Shown piece by piece: positions 1 to 10,521 of a stretch of DNA of 24,000 bases; position 1 is the first letter of the stretch; every line of letters starts with the position of its first letter. The notes beneath the pieces were generated by a model. The model saw nothing but the letters and a program-made list of their open reading frames with translations. It ran no database searches and was not told the origin of the DNA. The stretch spans positions 7,320 to 31,319 of the forward strand of contig DAOTVV010000048.1 of assembly GCA_034436255.1 (NCBI GenBank), written 5' to 3'. Both the position numbers and the translations under genes were made by a program. This DNA comes from Anaerolineae bacterium (GTDB taxonomy: Bacteria > Chloroflexota > Anaerolineae > DRVO01).

Positions 1-351
1 CGTGAGATCATTCTAGGCGTGAACCGCGACCCGCAGTTCGGTCCATTGATGATGTTCGGGCTGGGCGGCATCTATGTCGAGGCGCTGCGCGACGTCAGCT
101 TCCGTGTTGCTCCTTTGGACGAGCTCGATGCCCGCGAGATGGTGAATGAGATCCGGGCGATCCGGCTGCTCAGGGGAGTGCGTGGTGAACCGCCCGCCGA
201 CATAGAGGCGATCGTGGACTCGATCCAGCGCTTGTCGTATCTGGTCACCGAGTTCCCGGAGATCCTCGAGCTGGACATCAACCCGTTAATGGTGTATGAA
301 GCAGGCAAGGGTGCGATCGGCCTGGACATGAGGCTGGTATTGGCTAGTTGA
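1..351 (+). CDS. C-terminal fragment of an NDP-forming (ADP-forming) acetyl-CoA/acyl-CoA synthetase family protein; 5' end lies outside the window
   Basis: Frame 1 is open from base 1 (REIILGVNRDPQFGPLMMFGLGGIYVEALRDVSFRVAPL...LDINPLMV). This resembles the C-terminal ATP-grasp-type domain of acetate--CoA ligase (ADP-forming) proteins. Stop TGA at 349-351. Confidence 0.7.
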   Translation, partial: REIILGVNRDPQFGPLMMFGLGGIYVEALRDVSFRVAPLDELDAREMVNEIRAIRLLRGVRGEPPADIEAIVDSIQRLSYLVTEFPEILELDINPLMVYEAGKGAIGLDMRLVLAS

Positions 352-388
352 GCACAGGAGGGCGACCCCCACTGCTGAGGAGGCGCGC

Positions 389-2748
<2,360 letters not shown>

Positions 2749-2800
2749 CCCCTCTCGGGCCAAGCCAGGCAGAGAGCCAGCGAGGCAGTTCGCCCGAACA

Positions 2801-2843
2801 AGGTGCTCCCCCAGATCTATCTGGGGGAGCACCTTCTGGTTTG
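2801..2843 (+). terminator. Intrinsic-terminator-like hairpin after eno (perfect 34-bp palindrome)
   Basis: AGGTGCTCCCCCAGAT (2801-2816) is the exact reverse complement of ATCTGGGGGAGCACCT (2819-2834). It is followed by the T-rich TCTGGTTTGG and sits 53 nt after the eno stop. Confidence 0.7.
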
Positions 2844-2930
2844 GTCCCAAGTGCAAGACCCCAATCGCTCTGTCGTTCACGAGCCCCCAACTTCGTGCAT
2901 TAAGATTCTGAGCAATAGTACGGTTGTAAC

Positions 2931-2959
2931 TTGTTGTCGCCGTAGGCGGTTTCTATAAT
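2931..2959 (+). promoter_or_regulatory. Candidate sigma70-type promoter of the dcw (mra) operon
   Basis: TTGTTG (2931-2936), 17-nt spacer, perfect TATAAT (2954-2959). It lies in the relatively AT-rich eno-mraZ spacer, downstream of the eno terminator. Confidence 0.45.
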
Positions 2960-2966
2960 GTCTTTC

Positions 2967-2992
2967 TGTGGTGCTCAGTGGCGAATGGTGGG
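2967..2992 (+). promoter_or_regulatory. Candidate MraZ operator: three direct GTGG repeats with exact 10-bp phasing
   Basis: GTGG cores at 2968-2971, 2978-2981 and 2988-2991 (tGTGGt / aGTGGc / gGTGGg), immediately downstream of the -10 box. A fourth aGTGGg lies at 3008-3013. MraZ proteins are known to bind phased direct repeats (TGGGN or GTGG type, ~10-bp period) in their own promoter region. Confidence 0.4.
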
Positions 2993-3000
2993 GAGACGCC

Positions 3001-3459
3001 TTGACTGAGTGGGTTGGCGATGGCAGCGCCGCTTTCACGGGCGAATACGAACACAGCGTGGATGAAAAGGGGCGGCTGATCCTGCCTGGCAGGGTCAGGG
3101 AGGCTCTAGGATCCACGGCCTACCTTGTGCGCGGCCCAGACGGCTGCCTGCTCCTTTATCCGGAGCCTCGGTTTCTCGAGATCAGGTCCGGAATAGGGCG
3201 CTGGTCCATAGCCAAGCAGGCATCGCGCACCCTTGCCCGCACCATTTTCGCGGCCATTTGTTGCGAGCCAGACAAGGCGGGCAGGATACTATTGCCTCCC
3301 GGTTTGAGGCGCTACGCCGGCATAACCAACCAGGCCGTCCTCGCTGGCGTTGATGATCATCTGGAAATCTGGGAGCCGAGCCGATGGGAAGCGGCAATGG
3401 ATGGCCTGCGCGACATCGGCGACGGCCCAGACGGCACAAGTGCCAGCAGCGGCGAATAG
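3001..3459 (+). CDS. mraZ: Transcriptional regulator MraZ
   Basis: Contains FTGEYEHSVDEKGRLILP and a second DKAGRILLP motif, the duplicated DxxGR MraZ/SpoVT-AbrB fold. The longest ORF starts at GTG 2968. TTG 3001 is preferred because GGGGAG (2990-2995) lies 5 nt upstream and it gives the shortest N-terminal extension before the conserved F-x-G-E. Confidence 0.92.
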   Translation: MTEWVGDGSAAFTGEYEHSVDEKGRLILPGRVREALGSTAYLVRGPDGCLLLYPEPRFLEIRSGIGRWSIAKQASRTLARTIFAAICCEPDKAGRILLPPGLRRYAGITNQAVLAGVDDHLEIWEPSRWEAAMDGLRDIGDGPDGTSASSGE

Positions 3460-3566
3460 CTAGCCGAGACTGATTTGCCGGGTCCTGACCTGGCGTAGAA
3501 CTTGCAGCCGGCTTCTGGTTGGGCAGCAGCTTGGGCGAGCCCAGCCAAAGTGGGGATGAGACTTCG

Positions 3567-4502
3567 GTGCTCCAGCCAGCCGAAACCAGCGAGCATGTAC
3601 CGGTCCTGCTCGCAGAAGTGGTCAGTTACCTGGTGCGCTCACCAGGGGGTGTCTATCTCGATGCTACCGTAGGGGCAGGCGGGCACGCAGCGGCGCTCTT
3701 GGCTGCTGCCGGCCCTGAGGCGCGCCTTCTCGGGCTGGATGCGGACCCGGCAGCGCTCGGGGTAGCGCGCCGCAACCTGGCTGAGTACGGGGGCCAAGTG
3801 GAACTGGTTCAGAGCAACTTCCGCCACATGGCGAGCGTTGCGCGGCGAACGGGCCTGGCGCCGTTCACGGGCATACTGCTCGACCTCGGTCTCTCGTCGC
3901 TGCAGCTAGCCGACGCGGAGCGTGGCTTTGGCTTTCGCACCCAAGGGCGCCTTGACATGCGTTTCGACCCCGCTCAAGGAGTCGCCGCTGCTGAGATGCT
4001 GAACCGGCTGGGTGAAAGTGAGATCGCGCGGCTGCTTAGAGATTTCGGCGAGGAGCCGGCAGCGCGACGTGTGGCGCGCGAGATCGCGCGATCGCGGCCA
4101 CTACGCACCGCGCGGGACCTGGCGGAGGCAGTGACGCGAGCAGTGCCGGCGGCCAGGTCGCGGGAGGATGTGCTGGCGCGGGTGTTCATGGCGGTGCGTA
4201 TAGCCGTGAACGATGAGTTCGGTGCGCTGCAGGAGGGTTTGGAGCAGGCGCTGGGTTTGCTTGCGCCTGGCGGACGGATAGCCGTCATTTCATTCCACTC
4301 GCTTGAGGACCGGATCGTCAAGCGGTTCATGGCTCGCGAGAGCCGGGACTGCCTCTGCCCGCCCGGACTGCCCGCATGTGTCTGTGGCCATCGAGCGAGT
4401 TTGCGCCTGATCACGCGCAAGCCGGTCGTACCTGAGGAGGCTGAGGTGCGGCGCAACCCGCGCAGCCGCAGCGCCAAGCTGAGGGTGGCTGAGCGACTAT
4501 GA
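3567..4502 (+). CDS. rsmH: 16S rRNA (cytosine1402-N4)-methyltransferase RsmH (MraW)
   Basis: Motifs HVPVLLAEV, DATVGAGGHA, DLGLSSLQLADAERGF, ISFHSLEDRIVK. The longest ORF begins at TTG 3519 with no RBS. GTG 3567 is preceded by GGGGATGAG and gives a typical N-terminus; the start remains uncertain. Confidence 0.94.
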   Translation: MLQPAETSEHVPVLLAEVVSYLVRSPGGVYLDATVGAGGHAAALLAAAGPEARLLGLDADPAALGVARRNLAEYGGQVELVQSNFRHMASVARRTGLAPFTGILLDLGLSSLQLADAERGFGFRTQGRLDMRFDPAQGVAAAEMLNRLGESEIARLLRDFGEEPAARRVAREIARSRPLRTARDLAEAVTRAVPAARSREDVLARVFMAVRIAVNDEFGALQEGLEQALGLLAPGGRIAVISFHSLEDRIVKRFMARESRDCLCPPGLPACVCGHRASLRLITRKPVVPEEAEVRRNPRSRSAKLRVAERL

Positions 4503-4966
4503 ACCGGAAGACCAGCCCGCTGGAGCAGAGCATCAGCCTGACATCATCTCCGGTGGCTTCGAGGGCAGACCCTGACCCCATGGCCAGAGCCTCGGTAGGT
4601 CGAGTCCGACATGAGGCCGTGGGTGCAAGCAAGAAGGATCTTGCCGTGATCACCGCGGCGCTTGTATTCGTGGCTGTCATGGGCGTGCTGTACCTGCTGC
4701 AGTCGGCCCAGATCACGGCAACGGCATACAGCGTGCATGCTGTTCAGGCGACGCTTGAGCGCGTCGAGCAGGAGAACCTAGTCCTCAAGGTCGAGGTGGC
4801 GCAGAGCGAGAGCCTGGATAGAGTCGAGGCCAGGGCGGCAGCCCTTGGCATGGAAAAGGCGCAGAACACCGTGTTCTTGAGACTGGACCCCACCGTTTTA
4901 ACTCCGGTGGGCACCGGCACGGCCACGACTGGGGTGGCGACAGCTACGGCGGAGCCAGGGCGGTAG
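4499..4966 (+). CDS. ftsL: FtsL-like cell division protein (N-in single-pass membrane protein with coiled coil)
   Basis: Sits in the canonical position between rsmH and ftsI. One hydrophobic helix (LAVITAALVFVAVMGVLYLL) is followed by a heptad-like region and an FtsL-type ...LDRVEARAAALGMEKA... motif. ATGA overlaps the rsmH stop. An internal ATG at 4580 is an alternative start. Confidence 0.65.
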   Translation: MNRKTSPLEQSISLTSSPVASRADPDPMARASVGRVRHEAVGASKKDLAVITAALVFVAVMGVLYLLQSAQITATAYSVHAVQATLERVEQENLVLKVEVAQSESLDRVEARAAALGMEKAQNTVFLRLDPTVLTPVGTGTATTGVATATAEPGR

Positions 4967-4973
4967 ATCAGCT

Positions 4974-6686
4974 ATGGGCGGGGAGCGGCGACAGGACATC
5001 AACCGGCGTCTCCTTTGGGTAGCTGGCTGCCTGGCTCTCTTTGGCGTCGTCCTTGTGTACCAACTGGTGCGGTGGCAGCTGGTTCGTGGGCGCAGCCTGG
5101 CCGATGTCGCCACGAAAGAAAATGTGCGCCATCAGACACTCGATGCCAAGCGGGGTTCGATCTTCTCGGCCGATGGTCGGCCCCTGGCGACCGATGTGTA
5201 TGCCTTTGACCTGACCGCGGCGCCAGAACTGGTCGAAGACCCGTACCAGCTGGCAGATCGTCTGTTCCCACTCATAGGCGTGAAGCGAGACGACCTGGCG
5301 CAGCGACTGGATAGCAAAGCGGTCTGGCAGCCCCTGGCGGAGGCGGTGCCATTACGGCTGGCCGATGAGATCAAGTCTTGGGACGAGCCAGGGCTGTCGC
5401 TGGAGCCGGTGCTCAGCCGCGCCTATCCCGACAAGAGCATGTACGAACCCGTGCTCGGCTTCGTCAACCGTGCCAGAGATGGATACTACGGAGTAGAAGG
5501 CTTCTATGATGCTCAGCTCCGCGGCGAGCCCGGGGCGAGCCTGGGGGAGATGGACGCTCTCGGGCTGGACGTGCCCTTCGGCGAGCGCCTCTTCGAGCCG
5601 CCCAAGGATGGAGCTACCGTCTTTCTGACGCTGGACAGCCGCGTACAGTACATACTCTGGCGCGAACTGAGGGCCGGACTGGAGAAGTATCAGGCGGAGA
5701 GTGGAAGCATAATCGTTGTGAACACCAGGACGGGGGCGATCCTGGGAGCAGTCTCGCTTCCGGGCTATGATCCTAATAGCTACGACAGCGTTGATGCCAA
5801 GCTCTACGAGGATCCCATCGTCAGCCATCTGTACGAACCGGGCTCGGTGTTCAAGATCATCACCATGGCTGCTGGCCTGGATTCCGGCGCGGTGACCCCG
5901 GACAGCACATATGATGACACCGGCAAGTTCGAGATTGCCGGCATCACGATCCACAACTGGGACAACTCCGCCCATGGCAAGGTCAACATGACCGACATCC
6001 TGGCCTTCTCGCTGAACACCGGCGCTGCCCACGTCAGCACTACGATGGGGGCGGCCACCTTCTATAAATACGTGACCGCCTTTGGCTTCGGCCAGAAGAC
6101 TGGCGTTGACCTGCAGGCAGAGGAGGCCGGCCAAGTCAAGATGCCAGGGGATGGGCACTGGTACGAGGCCGACCTGGCCACTAACTCCTATGGCCAGGGC
6201 ATTGCGGCGACGCCGCTGCAGATGGTCATGGCGTTCGCGGCTGTTGCTAACGATGGCTTGCTGATGCGCCCCTACATCGTGGACCGGGTCGTCTCCGGGG
6301 ATAGTGTGACGGTGACGCAGCCACAACCGGTGCGCCAGGTGATATCGGCCGATGTTGCACGCGAACTGCGGCGGATGATGGTGCAGGCGGTGGAGCGGGA
6401 AACCCAACTGGCGCGAGTGCCCGGCTACACTGTCGGCGGCAAGACCGGTACGGCCCAGATCCCGATCCCCGGTGGCTATCACCCGACGGACACGATCGCA
6501 TCGTTCATTGGCTTTCTGCCAGATGAGAACCCCGAGATCTGCATCCTCGTCAAGGTAGACCGGCCGAAGGCTTCACCCTGGGGCAGCCAGGTAGCCGCCC
6601 CGATCTTCAGCAAGGTCGCACGCGACCTGGTGCTTGTGCTGGGCATCGCACCCCAGTCACCAGCATCGGCGGAGGCCAAGCAATGA
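4974..6686 (+). CDS. ftsI: Class B penicillin-binding protein / peptidoglycan D,D-transpeptidase FtsI
   Basis: N-terminal TM helix, PBP dimerisation region, and the transpeptidase triad SVFK (SxxK), SLN (SxN) and KTGTA (KTG). Canonical dcw position. Confidence 0.9.
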   Translation: MGGERRQDINRRLLWVAGCLALFGVVLVYQLVRWQLVRGRSLADVATKENVRHQTLDAKRGSIFSADGRPLATDVYAFDLTAAPELVEDPYQLADRLFPLIGVKRDDLAQRLDSKAVWQPLAEAVPLRLADEIKSWDEPGLSLEPVLSRAYPDKSMYEPVLGFVNRARDGYYGVEGFYDAQLRGEPGASLGEMDALGLDVPFGERLFEPPKDGATVFLTLDSRVQYILWRELRAGLEKYQAESGSIIVVNTRTGAILGAVSLPGYDPNSYDSVDAKLYEDPIVSHLYEPGSVFKIITMAAGLDSGAVTPDSTYDDTGKFEIAGITIHNWDNSAHGKVNMTDILAFSLNTGAAHVSTTMGAATFYKYVTAFGFGQKTGVDLQAEEAGQVKMPGDGHWYEADLATNSYGQGIAATPLQMVMAFAAVANDGLLMRPYIVDRVVSGDSVTVTQPQPVRQVISADVARELRRMMVQAVERETQLARVPGYTVGGKTGTAQIPIPGGYHPTDTIASFIGFLPDENPEICILVKVDRPKASPWGSQVAAPIFSKVARDLVLVLGIAPQSPASAEAKQ

Positions 6687-8146
6687 CGCTTAGCCTCGGT
6701 TTCCTGGTGGACACCTTGGTCGCCCCTGGTGCTGGGGGAATGCTGTCTGGCGTGCCGGTCAGGCGCGTGGTAGTGGACTCGCGCGAGTGCGAGCCAGGCA
6801 GCGTCTTCTTCGCTTTTCAGGGGGAGCATACTCATGGAAATGAGTATGTGGAGGCAGCGTTCGACAAGGGGGCGATTGCTGCCGTTGTGGAGCGGGGGAG
6901 GCCATGGAGCGCCGGAACGAAGGCTCAGGTAGCGGACGGGATTGGCCCGGCGACCAGGGCGCCCATCATCGTGCCGGTGGACAGCACATTGTGGTCCCTG
7001 CAGCGCCTGGCGTCAGCCTGGCGAGCCACGCTGGCCACAACTGTCATAGGAGTCACCGGTAGCATCGGCAAGACCATGACGCGCGATGTGGTTGCCTCTG
7101 TACTCGGCGTTCGCTATCGCGTGCATCGGAGTGAGCGGAACTACAATAACGAGATCGGCCTGCCGCTCAGCCTCTTGGGCCTCGACGATCACCACGAGTA
7201 TGCCGTGCTCGAGATGGGCATGTACGCGCTCGGAGAGATCGCCGCTTTGTGCGATATTGCCCGGCCTAACGTTGGCATCGTCACCAACGTCGGCCCCACT
7301 CACCTCGAGCGGTTGGGGAGCATCGCTAACATCGCTCAAGCCAAGGCCGAGCTGGTGGCCGCTCTACCTCCAGATGGGCTTGCCATCCTAAATGGCGATG
7401 ACGAGCATGTCCGGGCAATGGAGCGGCGGGCTGCTTGCCGGAGCATCACTTACGGATCAGGCCCGAACAACGATGTCCGCGCAGTCGATGTAATGGACTC
7501 GCGGCTCGATGGCCAGGAATTCGCAGTCGAGGCATGGGGCGAGAGGGTGCGTTTCGCCTTTCCCCTGCCGGGAGTGGCCTGCCGTTACGCGGCGCTGGCC
7601 GCCATCGCGCTTGGGCGGGCATGCGGCCTGGCGTGGGAAGAGTTGCAGACTGGCCTGTCCAGATGCGGCGCTTGCTCTCGGTTCAAAGTCATCGAGTGTG
7701 GAGACGTCACCGTTCTCGACGATTCCTACAATGCCGCACCGGCGTCCATGACGGGCGCGCTCGATCTGCTGCGCCGATGCGACAAGAGGCGGATCGCGGT
7801 TCTGGGGGATATGCTCGAGCTTGGCAGTTATGCAGAGATGGGGCATCGGCAGGTGGGCCGTGCCGCAGCCGGGAGTTGCGCTCTCTTGCTGGCGGTCGGG
7901 CCTCAGGCCAACTGGCTGGCCGAGGAAGCCATCAGCGCTGGCATGCCAGCGCGCTCTGTGCTGAGAGTGGCGTCGCCGGCCGAGGCCATCAGGGTGCTCG
8001 GCAGCATCCTACGGCCTGGCGATTGCGTGCTTGTCAAGGGCTCACGAGCCATGCACATGGAGACGATCGTAGAGGCGCTGGTTCAACTCTGTGGGCGCAA
8101 GGACGAGGTCGGTGCTCCGGGCCATTCTGGGGTAGAGTCGAACTGA
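6683..8146 (+). CDS. murF: UDP-N-acetylmuramoyl-tripeptide--D-alanyl-D-alanine ligase MurF
   Basis: Mur ligase P-loop GVTGSIGKTMT and the MurF-typical ERNYNNEIGLPLSLL motif. C-terminal ...VLGDMLELG... and LVKGSRAMHME. Start ATGA overlaps the ftsI stop. Confidence 0.92.
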   Translation: MTLSLGFLVDTLVAPGAGGMLSGVPVRRVVVDSRECEPGSVFFAFQGEHTHGNEYVEAAFDKGAIAAVVERGRPWSAGTKAQVADGIGPATRAPIIVPVDSTLWSLQRLASAWRATLATTVIGVTGSIGKTMTRDVVASVLGVRYRVHRSERNYNNEIGLPLSLLGLDDHHEYAVLEMGMYALGEIAALCDIARPNVGIVTNVGPTHLERLGSIANIAQAKAELVAALPPDGLAILNGDDEHVRAMERRAACRSITYGSGPNNDVRAVDVMDSRLDGQEFAVEAWGERVRFAFPLPGVACRYAALAAIALGRACGLAWEELQTGLSRCGACSRFKVIECGDVTVLDDSYNAAPASMTGALDLLRRCDKRRIAVLGDMLELGSYAEMGHRQVGRAAAGSCALLLAVGPQANWLAEEAISAGMPARSVLRVASPAEAIRVLGSILRPGDCVLVKGSRAMHMETIVEALVQLCGRKDEVGAPGHSGVESN

Positions 8147-8158
8147 ATCGAGGCGACA

Positions 8159-9145
8159 TTGGCTTATTCACTCGTGCTGGGCATGGTCTCCTTCTTCGTC
8201 GCGGTGATCTGGGGTGGGCCGTTCATCGGCTGGCTCAGGCGCCTCGGCATCGGTAAGCAGATCAGGCAGGACGGGCCGCAATCTCATATGGTGAAGATGG
8301 GCACACCGACGATGGGCGGAGTCCTCGTGGTCGCGACCGTGCTCGCCATCACCATCATTCTGAACTTTCTCAACCTGACGGGCATGAATGCTATTGGCCG
8401 GTCCATCCTGTTGCCTATGGGCGTAATGGCCGGGATGGCGGTTCTGGGTGGCGTGGACGACTACATAAACGTCAAGCGTAAAGGGAACGGCGGGATCGGC
8501 CTATTGGCCCGCTACAAGCTACTGTGGCAAGTAGTCATCGCTACTGTCGCTGCTGTGGGCCTGCACTACTTTCTCGGCCTGCAATCTGTGGCGCTGCCCG
8601 GGGTGCCGTACAAGATCCGCATCGGCATCTGGTATCTACCGATCGCGGTGTTCCTCATCGTGGCTTTCTCAAACGCGGTCAACCTCGCCGACGGGATGGA
8701 CGGGCTGGCTGGGGGGACGGCAGCAATGGCCTTCTTGTCCTATGGCGTGATCGCCTACCTGCAAGAACAAGTGCATCTCGTTGCTTTCTGCCTTACCGTA
8801 GTTGGGGCGTTGCTGGGCTTCCTGTGGTTCAATGTCTACCCGGCGCAGGTGTTCATGGGCGACACGGGAGCTCTCGCGCTCGGTGGAGCGTTGGCGACGG
8901 TCGCCTTGCTCTCCGGGCAGTGGCTGCTCCTTCCGATCGTAGGTATCGTCTTTGTGCTAGAGGCTCTGTCGGTGATGCTGCAGGTAGGGTACTTTCGCTA
9001 CTCACACGGTAAGCGGATCCTACGGATGGCGCCACTGCACCATCATTTCGAATTGGGAGGGGCTTCCGAAGTCCAGGTGACGCTTCGCTTCTGGATCGTT
9101 GCTGTTCTCGCAGGGATGCTGGGGGTAGCTCTGGCGCTCATATGA
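8159..9145 (+). CDS. mraY: Phospho-N-acetylmuramoyl-pentapeptide transferase MraY
   Basis: Polytopic membrane protein with NAVNLADGMDGLAGG, VFMGDTGALALGG and APLHHHFE motifs. TTG start with GAGG upstream. Confidence 0.96.
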   Translation: MAYSLVLGMVSFFVAVIWGGPFIGWLRRLGIGKQIRQDGPQSHMVKMGTPTMGGVLVVATVLAITIILNFLNLTGMNAIGRSILLPMGVMAGMAVLGGVDDYINVKRKGNGGIGLLARYKLLWQVVIATVAAVGLHYFLGLQSVALPGVPYKIRIGIWYLPIAVFLIVAFSNAVNLADGMDGLAGGTAAMAFLSYGVIAYLQEQVHLVAFCLTVVGALLGFLWFNVYPAQVFMGDTGALALGGALATVALLSGQWLLLPIVGIVFVLEALSVMLQVGYFRYSHGKRILRMAPLHHHFELGGASEVQVTLRFWIVAVLAGMLGVALALI

Positions 9146-10521
9146 ATCCAGTTGAGCTTGCGCGCGGCCGCTTCCAGGGCCGTACGGTGGGCATCGTCGG
9201 TCTGGGTCGTGAGGGTATGGCCCTTGGCCGTTTCATGCTCAGCGTAGGGGCAACTGTAGTCGGCACCGACGACCGGCCGCTGGCCAGCCTCTCTCGGGAG
9301 GTCGAAGAACTGCAGGCCAGCGGGGCGCGGCTGCTTGCCGGCGGCGCCAGGGAAGCTGTGCTTGACACCGATTACCTGTTCGTGAGCCCTGGTGTGCCTC
9401 TGGATCACCCCTTGCTGAAGGCGGCTGCGCGCCGTGGGCTCCAGCTGTACAGCGAGCCCGACTTGGTGCTCGAGCTGAGCCCAGCGCTCACAGTGGGCAT
9501 CACCGGCAGCAGCGGCAAGAGCACCACCACGTCGCTTGTGGCGGCCATCGCCAGCGCCACTGGGCGCAAGGTCTTCCTGGGTGGCAACATCGGGACGCCG
9601 CTTGTGGAGAGGCTGGGCGAGATGGGCGCGGAGGATGTTGTTGTCCAGGAGCTTTCGAGCTTCCAACTGGAACTGGTGCGCCACAGTCCGCACGTCGCCA
9701 TGATCACGAACATCACACCGAACCACCTTGACCGGCATGGCACTATGGAGGCCTACGTCGAGGCCAAGCGGGGCATATTGCGCTGGCAAGGGGCTGGCGA
9801 CTGGTTGGTGTTGAACGCTGACGATGACCAGTGTGTCCGCCTGGCCGATACATCCGCCTCCAGGCTAGCTTGGTTCAGCCTCAGGGGGTCGGTGGCGAAC
9901 GGCGCCTATCGTGAGGGATCGGCTATCTTCGTGGCTCGCCAGGGCGAGCAGGAGCGAGTCTGTGAACGCCGCGAGGTGCCGCTGCTCGGCGAACACAACC
10001 TGGCGAACGTCGTGGCGGCTGTAGCTGTGGCGGGCATCTTGGGTATACCCGCGGCGCAGATGCGACAGGCCGTGCTTTCCTTCAGACCTTTGCCGCACCG
10101 CCTGGAGAAGGTGGGCACTATCGCCGGCGCGGACTACTACAACGACTCCATCGCGACTTCGCCAGAGCGGGCCATTGCAGGAATGCGAGCGTTCGAGTCG
10201 CCCGTGCTCTTGCTGACTGGAGGGCGCGACAAACACCTCCCATGGGACAGTTGGATGGCGGAGGCGAGGCGGAGGGCGCGGCTGGTGATCCTGTTCGGGG
10301 AATTGGGCGCTTTGCTGGAGCCTCGCCTCGCGGCTTCTGGCCTTCCGTACGAGCGTCACAGCACGCTGGAGCAGGCCGTCCAGGCGGCCTACCGCGAGGC
10401 ACGACCTGGTGAGGTGGTGCTGTTCTCGCCTGGAGGCACAAGCTTCGATGCCTTCAGGGATTTTGAGGAGCGCGGCGAGTGCTTCCGCGCCTTGGTCACA
10501 CGTCTGGAGCGTTCGGCATGA
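9142..10521 (+). CDS. murD: UDP-N-acetylmuramoylalanine--D-glutamate ligase MurD
   Basis: N-terminal Rossmann VGIVGLGREG, SPGVPLDHPLL, P-loop GITGSSGKSTTT, and ...PHRLE.....YYNDS motif. ATGA overlaps the mraY stop. Confidence 0.95.
   Translation: MNPVELARGRFQGRTVGIVGLGREGMALGRFMLSVGATVVGTDDRPLASLSREVEELQASGARLLAGGAREAVLDTDYLFVSPGVPLDHPLLKAAARRGLQLYSEPDLVLELSPALTVGITGSSGKSTTTSLVAAIASATGRKVFLGGNIGTPLVERLGEMGAEDVVVQELSSFQLELVRHSPHVAMITNITPNHLDRHGTMEAYVEAKRGILRWQGAGDWLVLNADDDQCVRLADTSASRLAWFSLRGSVANGAYREGSAIFVARQGEQERVCERREVPLLGEHNLANVVAAVAVAGILGIPAAQMRQAVLSFRPLPHRLEKVGTIAGADYYNDSIATSPERAIAGMRAFESPVLLLTGGRDKHLPWDSWMAEARRRARLVILFGELGALLEPRLAASGLPYERHSTLEQAVQAAYREARPGEVVLFSPGGTSFDAFRDFEERGECFRALVTRLERSA

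Noticed and set aside
5352-6482. 376-aa minus-strand ORF antisense to ftsI
   Set aside because: This is a shadow ORF within a well-supported PBP gene. Its composition is typical of antisense translation of GC-rich coding DNA.
7435-8256. 273-aa + strand ORF in an alternative frame spanning the murF 3' half and the mraY start
   Set aside because: It is extremely Arg/Gly/Ala-rich with no domain features. It overlaps two genes whose frames carry clear family motifs, so it is an off-frame artefact of high GC content.
9043-9789. 248-aa minus-strand ORF antisense to the mraY end and murD
   Set aside because: Shadow ORF with no motifs, overlapping well-supported genes.
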